Shown here piece after piece: positions 56,779 to 64,000 of a stretch of DNA of 64,000 nt (positions within the stretch are counted from its first letter, which is position 1; each line of letters begins with the position of its first letter). The stretch lies in the IMG/VR virus record IMGVR_UViG_3300005530_000024; one strand, 5' to 3'. The translations under genes were made by a program, and so were the position numbers. The DNA is from an uncultured virus (IMG/VR IMGVR_UViG_3300005530_000024). Its lineage: Duplodnaviria > Heunggongvirae > Uroviricota > Caudoviricetes. The notes below the pieces were generated by a model. The model made no database searches. It saw only the letters and a program-made list of their open reading frames with translations, and was not told the origin of the DNA.

Positions 56779-57200
56779 AGTCTCGCCCTCCAGGCTACTG
56801 CCCGTTCTTGGGGCGTAAGTCTCATAGTAATGAGATCTGCAAGCTGTGGGTTATCAGTAGTACTGATTAATCCAACCTTGGCGAACACCTGAATCGCTGC
56901 GATCTCGAGTATTTCATCGTCTGTAAGTCGTCGCTCAACCTTTCTCACAACGGGAGGGACGATAGTTAGAGGTGGTGTGGAAGTTAGAGGTGATGCTACT
57001 GGGATAACTACACCAGCAGGAGGAGGCGAACTTACTTTGCGAACAACACGAGGTTGCTCTTTGGTAAATACAGGTTCTTCAACGACAGGAGCCTGTGTCT
57101 CCACTGTCGCTGGTTGACTCTTCTTGACAGGTTTCGCACAGGTGCAGGGAGATGTGTCACAAAAGAAGCACACATCTAACCTGGGCTTACGTGCAACCAC
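56775..57200 (-). CDS. Hypothetical protein
   Basis: CFFC...PCTC, then a Pro-rich linker. Confidence 0.65.
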   Translation of the reverse strand: MVARKPRLDVCFFCDTSPCTCAKPVKKSQPATVETQAPVVEEPVFTKEQPRVVRKVSSPPPAGVVIPVASPLTSTPPLTIVPPVVRKVERRLTDDEILEIAAIQVFAKVGLISTTDNPQLADLITMRLTPQERAVAWRARL

Positions 57201-57390
57201 TGAGCGCTCCTTCGTCCGTCAAGACCCGTCCAACCAGATTGCAGTCTATGAAATCGGTAACCCTATCCCATGCTTGATCTGGTGTTTTTCCCTTTGCGGT
57301 TTGTTCCTGGTAAACCACAAAGGCAGCATCACGAAGTTTGCGTTCGGCAGGAGTGTGCGCTCTAGCCGCTGTACTTATCTTTGAAGCCAT
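57187..57390 (-). CDS. Hypothetical protein
   Basis: AGGAGGTG RBS directly after a consensus promoter. Confidence 0.7.
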   Translation of the reverse strand: MASKISTAARAHTPAERKLRDAAFVVYQEQTAKGKTPDQAWDRVTDFIDCNLVGRVLTDEGALSGCT

Positions 57391-57415
57391 TGTCAGCACA
57401 CCTCCTGTCCTGTTT

Positions 57416-57445
57416 ATTATAGCATGACACTATATCGGGTGTCAA
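57416..57445 (-). promoter_or_regulatory. Consensus sigma70/SigA promoter with extended -10
   Basis: TTGACA-18 bp-TATAAT with TGn. Confidence 0.8.
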
Positions 57446-57448
57446 CCG

Positions 57449-58135
57449 TCAATTTTGCCAGATTGTCTCCACATCTTCTACGGCTACACCGTAGATGGTT
57501 GCAACTTCGTTCGCCTCAGCAAAACCCTTGAGCCCTGCGATAGCAGACCTCGTTTCAGCGTCTATGCCAACAATTTTAACTGTTGGCTTGGCCTTCGGCT
57601 GCTGGTGTGTACGCGAAACACTTCGCGCATTGAGTTCCTGAATGCTCTCGCGCTTAGTCTGAGTTTCTTTATGAGCAGCGCTCGGCTCGTAGCGTGGCAT
57701 CTCATAGCGTCGAGAACCAATACCAGGAGTCTCGTAAGGTTGTCCAGCGTCTCGCATCTGCTTACGATGAACTACTTCGCGGGCAATCTCATCAGCATCA
57801 CGAAAGTGAGGCGACATATAGAGGGCAGTCATCTCAGCCATGCCCCTCAATCGGTGTTGAGCGAACGCCCTAAGATCGTCATTCTTGCCGTCTCGTTCGC
57901 TATTTAGCGCAATGAGCTTGTCAAACTCATTGTCAAGAATCGCCCACATCGTCTCAACCAGTGTCATAGTAATTTCCCAGGAATAGTGAGTCTGCCCATT
58001 AGATTGTGGACACTTGTGATTTTGCTCATGTTCAGTAGCCAGTTCGAGTGTTGCTTTGCAGACATGCACATAACAGAGTCGGACAGTACAGGTGACCAAG
58101 TAATTGTCAGACTCCGGGAGGTACTTGATCGGCAT
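57449..58135 (-). CDS. Hypothetical protein (C-terminal HTH-like)
   Basis: 228 aa; EVATIYGV..E.V..I. Confidence 0.7.
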   Translation of the reverse strand: MPIKYLPESDNYLVTCTVRLCYVHVCKATLELATEHEQNHKCPQSNGQTHYSWEITMTLVETMWAILDNEFDKLIALNSERDGKNDDLRAFAQHRLRGMAEMTALYMSPHFRDADEIAREVVHRKQMRDAGQPYETPGIGSRRYEMPRYEPSAAHKETQTKRESIQELNARSVSRTHQQPKAKPTVKIVGIDAETRSAIAGLKGFAEANEVATIYGVAVEDVETIWQN

Positions 58136-58332
58136 TATTCGGGCTTCTTGCCGAACCGAGCCTCAACCGAAGGTCGGAATCGTTCTGCTATTTCTGTTGT
58201 GGCGTAGTAGACATGCTCGCCTAGGTAGCGAGGGTTATCGCCAGCAATTGTCGTCTTTGTCTCGGTGATGGCATACGTATCACCGCTAGAGAGCTCGATC
58301 GTAAGAGTCGTATCTACCCTGACCTTTGCCAT
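58135..58332 (-). CDS. Hypothetical protein
   Basis: Coupled stop/start on both sides. Confidence 0.6.
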   Translation of the reverse strand: MAKVRVDTTLTIELSSGDTYAITETKTTIAGDNPRYLGEHVYYATTEIAERFRPSVEARFGKKPE

Positions 58333-58688
58333 CAGAAGACCACCTTTGCCTGGGTCACTCCGTGGAAAAGTAAGTCAATCGCGTTATCTGCTTTTCTATC
58401 AACGACGACTATCTTTCCGTCGTGCTCATCTATCCAGCGAATCCACTCATAAAGTTGGCGCTCAGCGTTAGGTCCACGTCCTAACACTGCCAAACAGTCA
58501 TGCTTGTGGTAAGCATCGTCTGGCTTGAAGCCCATTTCTGAACAGTCGTAGGCAGGATAGTGCGTGCCTACCAAGACGCCGACGCATTCGCGGCCGAATC
58601 CAACCTCGCCTTCAAGTTGAATCGTTGCTCCATTCGATGCAGCCCATCGAACCATATACTCAAGCTCGTGATCGGTAATATGAGTCAT
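58332..58688 (-). CDS. Conserved phage hypothetical protein
   Basis: LEGEVGFGRECVG...P.DAYHKH.CLAVLG.G. Confidence 0.75.
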   Translation of the reverse strand: MTHITDHELEYMVRWAASNGATIQLEGEVGFGRECVGVLVGTHYPAYDCSEMGFKPDDAYHKHDCLAVLGRGPNAERQLYEWIRWIDEHDGKIVVVDRKADNAIDLLFHGVTQAKVVF

Positions 58689-58723
58689 TTTGTTCAGTTC
58701 TCCCTACGAGGTTAGGGTTTTGC

Positions 58724-58920
58724 GCTGGTCCGGCGCATCGAGTGCTCCTGGGCGCGAGCCCCGATGCACCGGACCAGCCATGAAGGCAATCCGAGTTCGT
58801 TCACCAGCTGTCTACCTTATTGGCTACCTTATTACTGGCTGTGTGCGTCGCCGTTTAGCAGGTAGAACTTTTCGCTTGGAGGTAAAGCGCTTTAGCCCGG
58901 AGAATTACTCAAGGACTGCC
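58724..58920 (-). ncRNA. Candidate structured ncRNA (multi-stem, possible pseudoknot) plus 3' hairpin
   Basis: Closing stem 58785-96/58907-20, internal stems, 17-bp hairpin 58724-78; G-U pairs work only on the minus strand. Confidence 0.5.
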
Positions 58921-58926
58921 GTGGTC

Positions 58927-59355
58927 TTACTCAGACGTAGCAGCTGGAGCTGTTCCGTCGTCGTGCGTGTGGCCGAGGTCGGTGTGGTCGATCTGCTGGT
59001 GAGCCAGCATCGCCTGCTCGGGTGTTGCATCGTTGACTGACTTGAGCGTGTAGCCGTGCCGGTCGGCGAGGTGAGCCCGAGCTTCATCGAGAGTGACCGC
59101 CTTGAGCTTCTTGGCGGTGACCTTCTTGGGAGCTTCGGCGATCGACTCCACGTCACGAAGCTGGTCTTCGGTGAGCGTGAGGGGTGCCTGCGAGCCCCGC
59201 TTGCGGAACATCGCCCCTCGACCAGCCGCGACCGCCATGAGGGTGCCCTCGGCGACGATCTCTTCGCCATCGAGAACGTAGGTGAGCTTGACCTTCTTGT
59301 CGACAAGGGCCTCGAACTTCTCGAGGTCGATCTGTTCGACCACTGCTTCGGTCAT
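58927..59355 (-). CDS. Hypothetical protein, likely highly expressed
   Basis: AGGAG RBS, strong GC3 bias, His-rich C-terminus. Confidence 0.8.
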   Translation of the reverse strand: MTEAVVEQIDLEKFEALVDKKVKLTYVLDGEEIVAEGTLMAVAAGRGAMFRKRGSQAPLTLTEDQLRDVESIAEAPKKVTAKKLKAVTLDEARAHLADRHGYTLKSVNDATPEQAMLAHQQIDHTDLGHTHDDGTAPAATSE

Positions 59356-59419
59356 GGTTTCTCCTGTGTCGTTATGAGGCCTTGGTGGTGGCCGAATCGG
59401 TGGATCATTAACGCTGGTT

Positions 59420-59448
59420 AGTCTAGTGCCATCCTAGCGCGAGCACAA
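59420..59448 (-). promoter_or_regulatory. SigA-like promoter
   Basis: TTGTGC-17 bp-TAGACT. Confidence 0.5.
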
Positions 59449-59451
59449 GCC

Positions 59452-60024
59452 CTACAAGGGGTCAATGTGTGCCCAAGTCTGGCGTCGAACAATCCTGCTA
59501 ACTGCGGCTTGCGTTATAAAAAACTGATCAGCGATCTTCTGTTGCGGCATACCGGATTTGGATAATCTGCGTATCTCTCGGACATGGTCGGCTGTTAACT
59601 TTACCATGCTGTTTGCTTCTCCTGTTAACGCAATTCCTCGATTCTTGGAATCGCGGTCTGTATTGTTTTCCTTGACTGTTCCGATAAAGAAGTGGTCATC
59701 TTCAAACGGACCAGTTGGATCAACTCTACAGCAAGGCGGATTGTCACAACGATGAAGAAGAACAAAGCCCTCTGGTATCTTGCCGTACTTGTGCTCCCAG
59801 GCGACACGATGTGCAACCTGAGTCCTACCCCACCAGAAAGCACCATAGCCGCCTCGGTAACGAGAGGTCTCAGTCCACTCCCAGCAGTTACCCCACGGTC
59901 CTCGGCCTTCAGTCTTGTCAACTTTAGACCAGAAACGTTCGAAGGGAAAGCTACCTTCGCGCTGTTCGATAGGCAAAGGCTGTGGAGTCTGTAGCCATTC
60001 GGGAACCAGTAGATCAGTCATCAC
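59452..60024 (-). CDS. Free-standing HNH homing endonuclease with C-terminal HTH
   Basis: RFWSKV, CWEW, GYG.F, AHRVAW, HRCDNP.C, GT..EN..D. Confidence 0.88.
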   Translation of the reverse strand: MMTDLLVPEWLQTPQPLPIEQREGSFPFERFWSKVDKTEGRGPWGNCWEWTETSRYRGGYGAFWWGRTQVAHRVAWEHKYGKIPEGFVLLHRCDNPPCCRVDPTGPFEDDHFFIGTVKENNTDRDSKNRGIALTGEANSMVKLTADHVREIRRLSKSGMPQQKIADQFFITQAAVSRIVRRQTWAHIDPL

Positions 60025-60281
60025 AAATACCTATCCGGTACAGGTAGTCCTTCAGAACGTAGCCATGCGACGTATTCGCACTTCTCGTCCCGTCTTAATC
60101 TAACACGGCCAGACCGACCGTGACGAGGCATGCGACGTGCAAGAATACCGAGAACTTCACCTACCGTACCGATAGCAGGCTCTGTGATTATAGGCCGCTC
60201 GGAATAACAAGCATCCAGGTCGGCAGCTACTGGGCGAGCCTTCCACTGTCTACGCTGTTCTGGAGTTAACCGGTCAGTCAT
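60021..60281 (-). CDS. Hypothetical protein
   Basis: Overlapping start/stop. Confidence 0.6.
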   Translation of the reverse strand: MTDRLTPEQRRQWKARPVAADLDACYSERPIITEPAIGTVGEVLGILARRMPRHGRSGRVRLRRDEKCEYVAWLRSEGLPVPDRYL

Positions 60282-60529
60282 CGCTTCACGTCTACCCAGG
60301 TAACCGTCACGACCTTGCGAATCTCTACGAGGTTGCGCGTTTTGACAACCTCTACATCGCCTGCCCAGTCGCCATCACTCGGCGTTTCAATGAGCCACAA
60401 AACAAGCGTCTCGTCAGGTCCAACGGTGTACCTGTGCATAATCGCCCCAGCTGCATAGACGCGCCCTCTTTGACCCTCGCGAGACTTAAGCTTGGAGCGC
60501 ACATACACACCGTCAGCAAACTTCTTCAT
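60278..60529 (-). CDS. Hypothetical protein (SH3-like pattern)
   Basis: AAGGAG RBS. Confidence 0.65.
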   Translation of the reverse strand: MKKFADGVYVRSKLKSREGQRGRVYAAGAIMHRYTVGPDETLVLWLIETPSDGDWAGDVEVVKTRNLVEIRKVVTVTWVDVKR

Positions 60530-60553
60530 TACACTTCTCCTTCTTGATTCCCG

Positions 60554-60618
60554 TACGCCCGCTCGGAATCGAACCGAGATAATACCCTCCCGAGTGGATC
60601 ATTCACCCAGGCGAACGT
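60554..60618 (-). ncRNA. tRNA-like element lacking a D-arm
   Basis: T-arm CTCGG-TTCGATT-CCGAG; 7-bp acceptor-like stem ACGTTCG/CGGGCGT; one 8-bp arm with a 7-nt loop. Confidence 0.45.
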
Positions 60619-60675
60619 GCCCCGACTATGTTTTTTGATCAGGTGCAGAGAGTCGGCGTCGCACCTGCTCGGACG

Positions 60676-61269
60676 TTACTTGCCGCCGCCTGGAGCCAGG
60701 TTCTCGACGTTCGGATGGTTCGTGAGCGGTTTGTCGTAGATCAGTACGTTGATGCCGAGACCAGCTGTGTATTCCACGTACGCGCCAGACGTGGCGTCGA
60801 AGCCGTAGTAGGTATTACACTCACCGCCTGAGTAGAACACACCGTCGATTGAAGGCGCTGGCACCATGGCATTCGAGCGATCACCAGAGCCACCAGGATC
60901 TTGGAACCTGTACGTCGGCGTGAGCGCAGTACAGTAAGAGACCGGCAACCCCTTGAATACGTAGTAACCAATCAGCTGACCGTTGGAGTTCTGCAAGTAC
61001 ACATACGCCAACTTGTTGGGGTCCTTGCCCCAGGTGTCGATCCAGCGATTGATCGTCTTGCGAGTCGGGGACACGCTCATGGTGTGCGCGGGGTCCTGAG
61101 CTACGAGCTGGTCGTAGTTCGTCTTCTGGATAGCGCTGTCGGTCTTCTGGCCCTTGCTGCTGCCACTACTGCAGCTCTCCGCAGAGCATGCAAAGAAAGT
61201 CAGAATGACAGCAAGAATGACAGTACTCTTTCTGAATCTCCTGGGGAGACCGATCAGTTGACGGTACAT
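60676..61269 (-). CDS. Lipoprotein
   Basis: Basic N-region, hydrophobic core, lipobox-like Cys, Ser/Gly linker; PSIDGVF motif. Confidence 0.75.
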   Translation of the reverse strand: MYRQLIGLPRRFRKSTVILAVILTFFACSAESCSSGSSKGQKTDSAIQKTNYDQLVAQDPAHTMSVSPTRKTINRWIDTWGKDPNKLAYVYLQNSNGQLIGYYVFKGLPVSYCTALTPTYRFQDPGGSGDRSNAMVPAPSIDGVFYSGGECNTYYGFDATSGAYVEYTAGLGINVLIYDKPLTNHPNVENLAPGGGK

Positions 61270-61727
61270 ACAGTTTTCTCCTGGGTTGGGTCGAGCGGAT
61301 ATGGAAGATTCGACGCCTTGAACTGACCTAGCGTCTTGTCCTTTCTGGCGTCAGCGTTGTACTGGTTGATGTCGTCAATCCGCTTGATTCGTAGCGATGT
61401 CAGCGACGCATCGAGCACCAGTTTGCGTTGTGGGTCTGTTGCTGTCTTGAGCTCGTCAGCAACAGCTGCGATTGATCCTTCATCCGTCTGTACAGTAGCG
61501 CACAGATTATAGAAGTGGTCGTACGCAGCGATTCGATAGGAGCCGTTGCCCTGAATCTGATTCGTCTGATTGACGTTGCCTCGAAAGTTGGCGGTGCTGT
61601 TGCTAAACAGTCCGAATCCGAAGACAAACATCGCCCCGACAACAAGGCATACGATCAGGAGCAGGACCCCTGCCAGGACACTCAGTACCGCCGTCCTGGA
61701 CATTTCTCTGATTTCTCTCTTGATCAA
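61254..61727 (-). CDS. Membrane-anchored helical protein
   Basis: N-terminal TM; YD.FY..C, I.QYNA...K, LP..L. Confidence 0.75.
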   Translation of the reverse strand: MIKREIREMSRTAVLSVLAGVLLLIVCLVVGAMFVFGFGLFSNSTANFRGNVNQTNQIQGNGSYRIAAYDHFYNLCATVQTDEGSIAAVADELKTATDPQRKLVLDASLTSLRIKRIDDINQYNADARKDKTLGQFKASNLPYPLDPTQEKTVCTVN

Positions 61728-61779
61728 CTGTAGTCCCTTCTTTGTCCAGGTACCCTTATGGTGGTACCGAATCGCGAGG

Positions 61780-61962
61780 TCAGTACTCGAGAACCTCGAC
61801 GGTTGTATCGACTTCTTCGATTTTGTAGGTGATCGTCACCTGAGAATCGCCCAGGTCGCAGTCCACAGTGTCATCGACGTCCTGATCGAAGGCTTCAATG
61901 AGCTCCTCTTCGGTCGCGTCAGACTCGAGGGTGTAGACAGCGGTGACCTTGTACTTCGACAT
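61780..61962 (-). CDS. Small acidic protein
   Basis: AAGGAG RBS before MSKYKV. Confidence 0.65.
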   Translation of the reverse strand: MSKYKVTAVYTLESDATEEELIEAFDQDVDDTVDCDLGDSQVTITYKIEEVDTTVEVLEY

Positions 61963-62021
61963 GTTTCTCCTTGGGTAGGGGTTTACCTTACAATGGTTAG
62001 CTGTATTAAGTTGTTTTGCAT

Positions 62022-62189
62022 CTAGGCGTGCGTGACCTCTACAAAGATCTCCTCGCCACCATCGAGCTCGATACCCATAACCCACTTATCTGGGTCTTCG
62101 ATCAGGCCGAAGTCTCCGATTTCAGACTCGGACTTCTTGGTTTCGAGCCACTTCTTGAATTCATCGAAGAATTCTTGCATGGTTTGCAT
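62022..62189 (-). CDS. Small acidic protein (not in the ORF track)
   Basis: AAGGAGGTGA RBS; MQTMQEFFDEFKKWLE...EVTHA. Confidence 0.7.
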   Translation of the reverse strand: MQTMQEFFDEFKKWLETKKSESEIGDFGLIEDPDKWVMGIELDGGEEIFVEVTHA

Positions 62190-62279
62190 CTGGTTAATCA
62201 CCTCCTTTTTGTTTGTAGAATCTTTGACTCACCGACGTGGATAATCAGACGGATAATCCTTGACCAATTCGGTCCGTTC

Positions 62280-62627
62280 CTACCCGAGTCCAACAGGTGG
62301 CCCACCAAAGAACACCTCGTTGAAGAGTTCCTCGCCCCAGGTACAAAACGCGCCATCGCTTTCCCTGATTCCAGCCCAGCAGTTCTTTGAAAGATTGCCG
62401 TGTCGCCTGCCGCCGACACCTATCCAATCTGGGTCGGTGAGGTTAGCCAGTGTCGCACCAGCCGCTGGAATCTGAAGCTCGTTATCGAATGGCTTGAATT
62501 CCTCGACCGGAAAGCCAAGTTCAGCTGCAAGCGTTCTGAAGCCTTCCCAATCTCCGGTCCACCGGATCGCCACAACCGTGTAGCCGAACTTGTCGCTCCT
62601 GTACCTGTGATCACCAATCTTTGGCAC
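62280..62627 (-). CDS. Conserved phage hypothetical protein
   Basis: V.AIRWTG...DWI...G.F......F...F. Confidence 0.65.
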   Translation of the reverse strand: MPKIGDHRYRSDKFGYTVVAIRWTGDWEGFRTLAAELGFPVEEFKPFDNELQIPAAGATLANLTDPDWIGVGGRRHGNLSKNCWAGIRESDGAFCTWGEELFNEVFFGGPPVGLG

Positions 62628-62629
62628 CT

Positions 62630-62887
62630 TTATTTCACCTCCCCTGTTTTGAGTGCATCGAGAACCAACGCCCTGCCTTCACTAGCGCGAAGTCTGAGCG
62701 AGAGTTCAGCATGATCAGGATTCGCTGCGAGTCGGCCGAATCCATCTGGAACCAACTCGACAGCTCCGAGGACTTCTCGATGAGAGCCGAGTATCCTAGT
62801 CAAGATGCTCGGAATATCAACGACTGGATACGTCTCGTCGTCAACAACGACACGAAAGTCTATAACCTTCATTTCTTCTTCCACCAC
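62630..62887 (-). CDS. Hypothetical protein
   Basis: Tiles the operon. Confidence 0.55.
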   Translation of the reverse strand: MVEEEMKVIDFRVVVDDETYPVVDIPSILTRILGSHREVLGAVELVPDGFGRLAANPDHAELSLRLRASEGRALVLDALKTGEVK

Positions 62888-63150
62888 TTCCTCTTGTCGG
62901 CATTACTGATCCAGGATTTACGTACTTTGTTGAGCGACATGTCAATACCTACAAGCTCGATACGTTGCTGAAATTCCGCAAGAGTTAAGTCAGAAAGACC
63001 ATATTCTTCGGATACAGCTTTTTCCAGTAACGTTCCAATTAGCTCATTAAAGGTGTGCATTCGCATTGCCTGAATGGTGTAATAAATCTCAATCAGCATA
63101 CTGCCTACGCTAAGGCCCATAAGTAAAAAGCCAAAGTTTGTGGTACTCAT
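62869..63150 (-). CDS. Membrane-anchored hypothetical protein
   Basis: N-terminal TM; ATGA overlap. Confidence 0.6.
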   Translation of the reverse strand: MSTTNFGFLLMGLSVGSMLIEIYYTIQAMRMHTFNELIGTLLEKAVSEEYGLSDLTLAEFQQRIELVGIDMSLNKVRKSWISNADKRKWWKKK

Positions 63151-63998
63151 TTCACATTCACCTGCGCTAAGTATTTGCCAAGGAAGGCTATAACCTTGGG
63201 TAAGTCGTCCATGTCATCGAGCTGAACAGTGTCTAACCCGTGCCTACGTGGCGAGTCAGTACGAATACCTACGCCGATGAGCGTGTGCCCGCGCTGCTTG
63301 CAGTAACCGATCTCGCGTTGCAAAATAACGAGTTCTTCCGGACCGTTCTCGGCGGGCATTTTTCCGTCTGAGTAGTACAGAATGATGGTATGTGCAGCGG
63401 TTGACTGATCGGCACGCTTGCGTAGAAATTCGAGTGCGTGCCCGTCGAGGTTGGCATTAATCGCAGTCATGTTCATCAGGCGAACCTTTGTCTTGTCATC
63501 CCATGGCTCGTCAATGGTCTTTATCGGGTAAATGTGAAGGTTAGCGTCAAAGACCATGCCCGAGTGCCCGTAGATTTCAAAGGGCACTCCAAGACCGTTA
63601 GCTAGTTCCGCTTGGGCATAGATCGCATTCTTCTCGATCATGAGATTTCTGCCAACGGTCGAACCGGACAAGTCCATACCGATAACGATTCTGTAGTCGA
63701 TCTTACCCGGTAGGCGTTTGACCTGAAACAGGCGCGGATCGCCTAATGGCGCACGCTTACCGAGAACTCGAGTGTTGACTCGTCCGGATTTGAGGTGTCG
63801 CTGCATGCGCGCTCGACGGTTAGCCTCAAACACCAGACGCATCTGTTGTCTCGGTCTCCGGAGCTGCGTATCCGTCACCTTCACCTTGTTCTCGCCGCGA
63901 CGAATCTCTCCAGGTTCCATTCCTGTTCCGTCACCGTCTTCGTCAAACTTGTGCATTACTACACCGTCAACACCTCTAGCGGGAGTTTCAAACCAGCT
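63147..63998 (-). CDS. vWA-domain protein (CobT/NorD-like), 5'-truncated by the window edge
   Basis: SGRVN, MIDAS DLSGS, N.DG, SDG.P; the frame is open to the window end. Confidence 0.82.
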   Translation of the reverse strand, partial: SWFETPARGVDGVVMHKFDEDGDGTGMEPGEIRRGENKVKVTDTQLRRPRQQMRLVFEANRRARMQRHLKSGRVNTRVLGKRAPLGDPRLFQVKRLPGKIDYRIVIGMDLSGSTVGRNLMIEKNAIYAQAELANGLGVPFEIYGHSGMVFDANLHIYPIKTIDEPWDDKTKVRLMNMTAINANLDGHALEFLRKRADQSTAAHTIILYYSDGKMPAENGPEELVILQREIGYCKQRGHTLIGVGIRTDSPRRHGLDTVQLDDMDDLPKVIAFLGKYLAQVNVK

Positions 63999-64000
63999 GC

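Noticed and set aside
60554..60618. Functional canonical tRNA gene
   Set aside because: No D-arm, no U33-type anticodon loop and no CCA; kept only as a tRNA-like element

Overview
The window is most of the genome of a tailed dsDNA bacteriophage with a siphovirus-type tail. The host is probably an actinobacterium, based on a WhiB gene, SigA-like promoters and actinophage-style gene families. No host genes or prophage boundaries are visible. Layout: (i) 1-6.5 kb (+): accessory genes, a phased A/T-tract region and a displaced multi-domain tail spike/adhesin; (ii) 6.6-9.4 kb (-): split primase operon (AEP primase, then CHC2 zinc finger fused to a DUF3987-like NTPase); (iii) 9.7-38.6 kb (+): DpdA/TGT-like gene, terminase, portal, protease/scaffold, decoration, major capsid, head-tail, tail tube, frameshifted chaperone, tape measure, minor tails and lysis; (iv) 38.6-64 kb (-): early and replication genes (RecB/Cas4-like nuclease, WhiB, methyltransferase, RusA-like, HD hydrolase, beta-clamp, Orn-like exonuclease, SNF2 helicase, SSB-like, SLOG, tyrosine recombinase, HNH, lipoprotein pair, partial vWA). 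The least explained signals are several structured intergenic RNA candidates (notably 58724-58920 and 60554-60667), a DUF6527-like gene in the head module, apparent pseudo-enzymes, a tyrosine recombinase with no adjacent space for attP, and the bent-DNA tract at 1715-1900. All family calls come from motifs recognised by eye and all structures were folded by hand; no searches were run.
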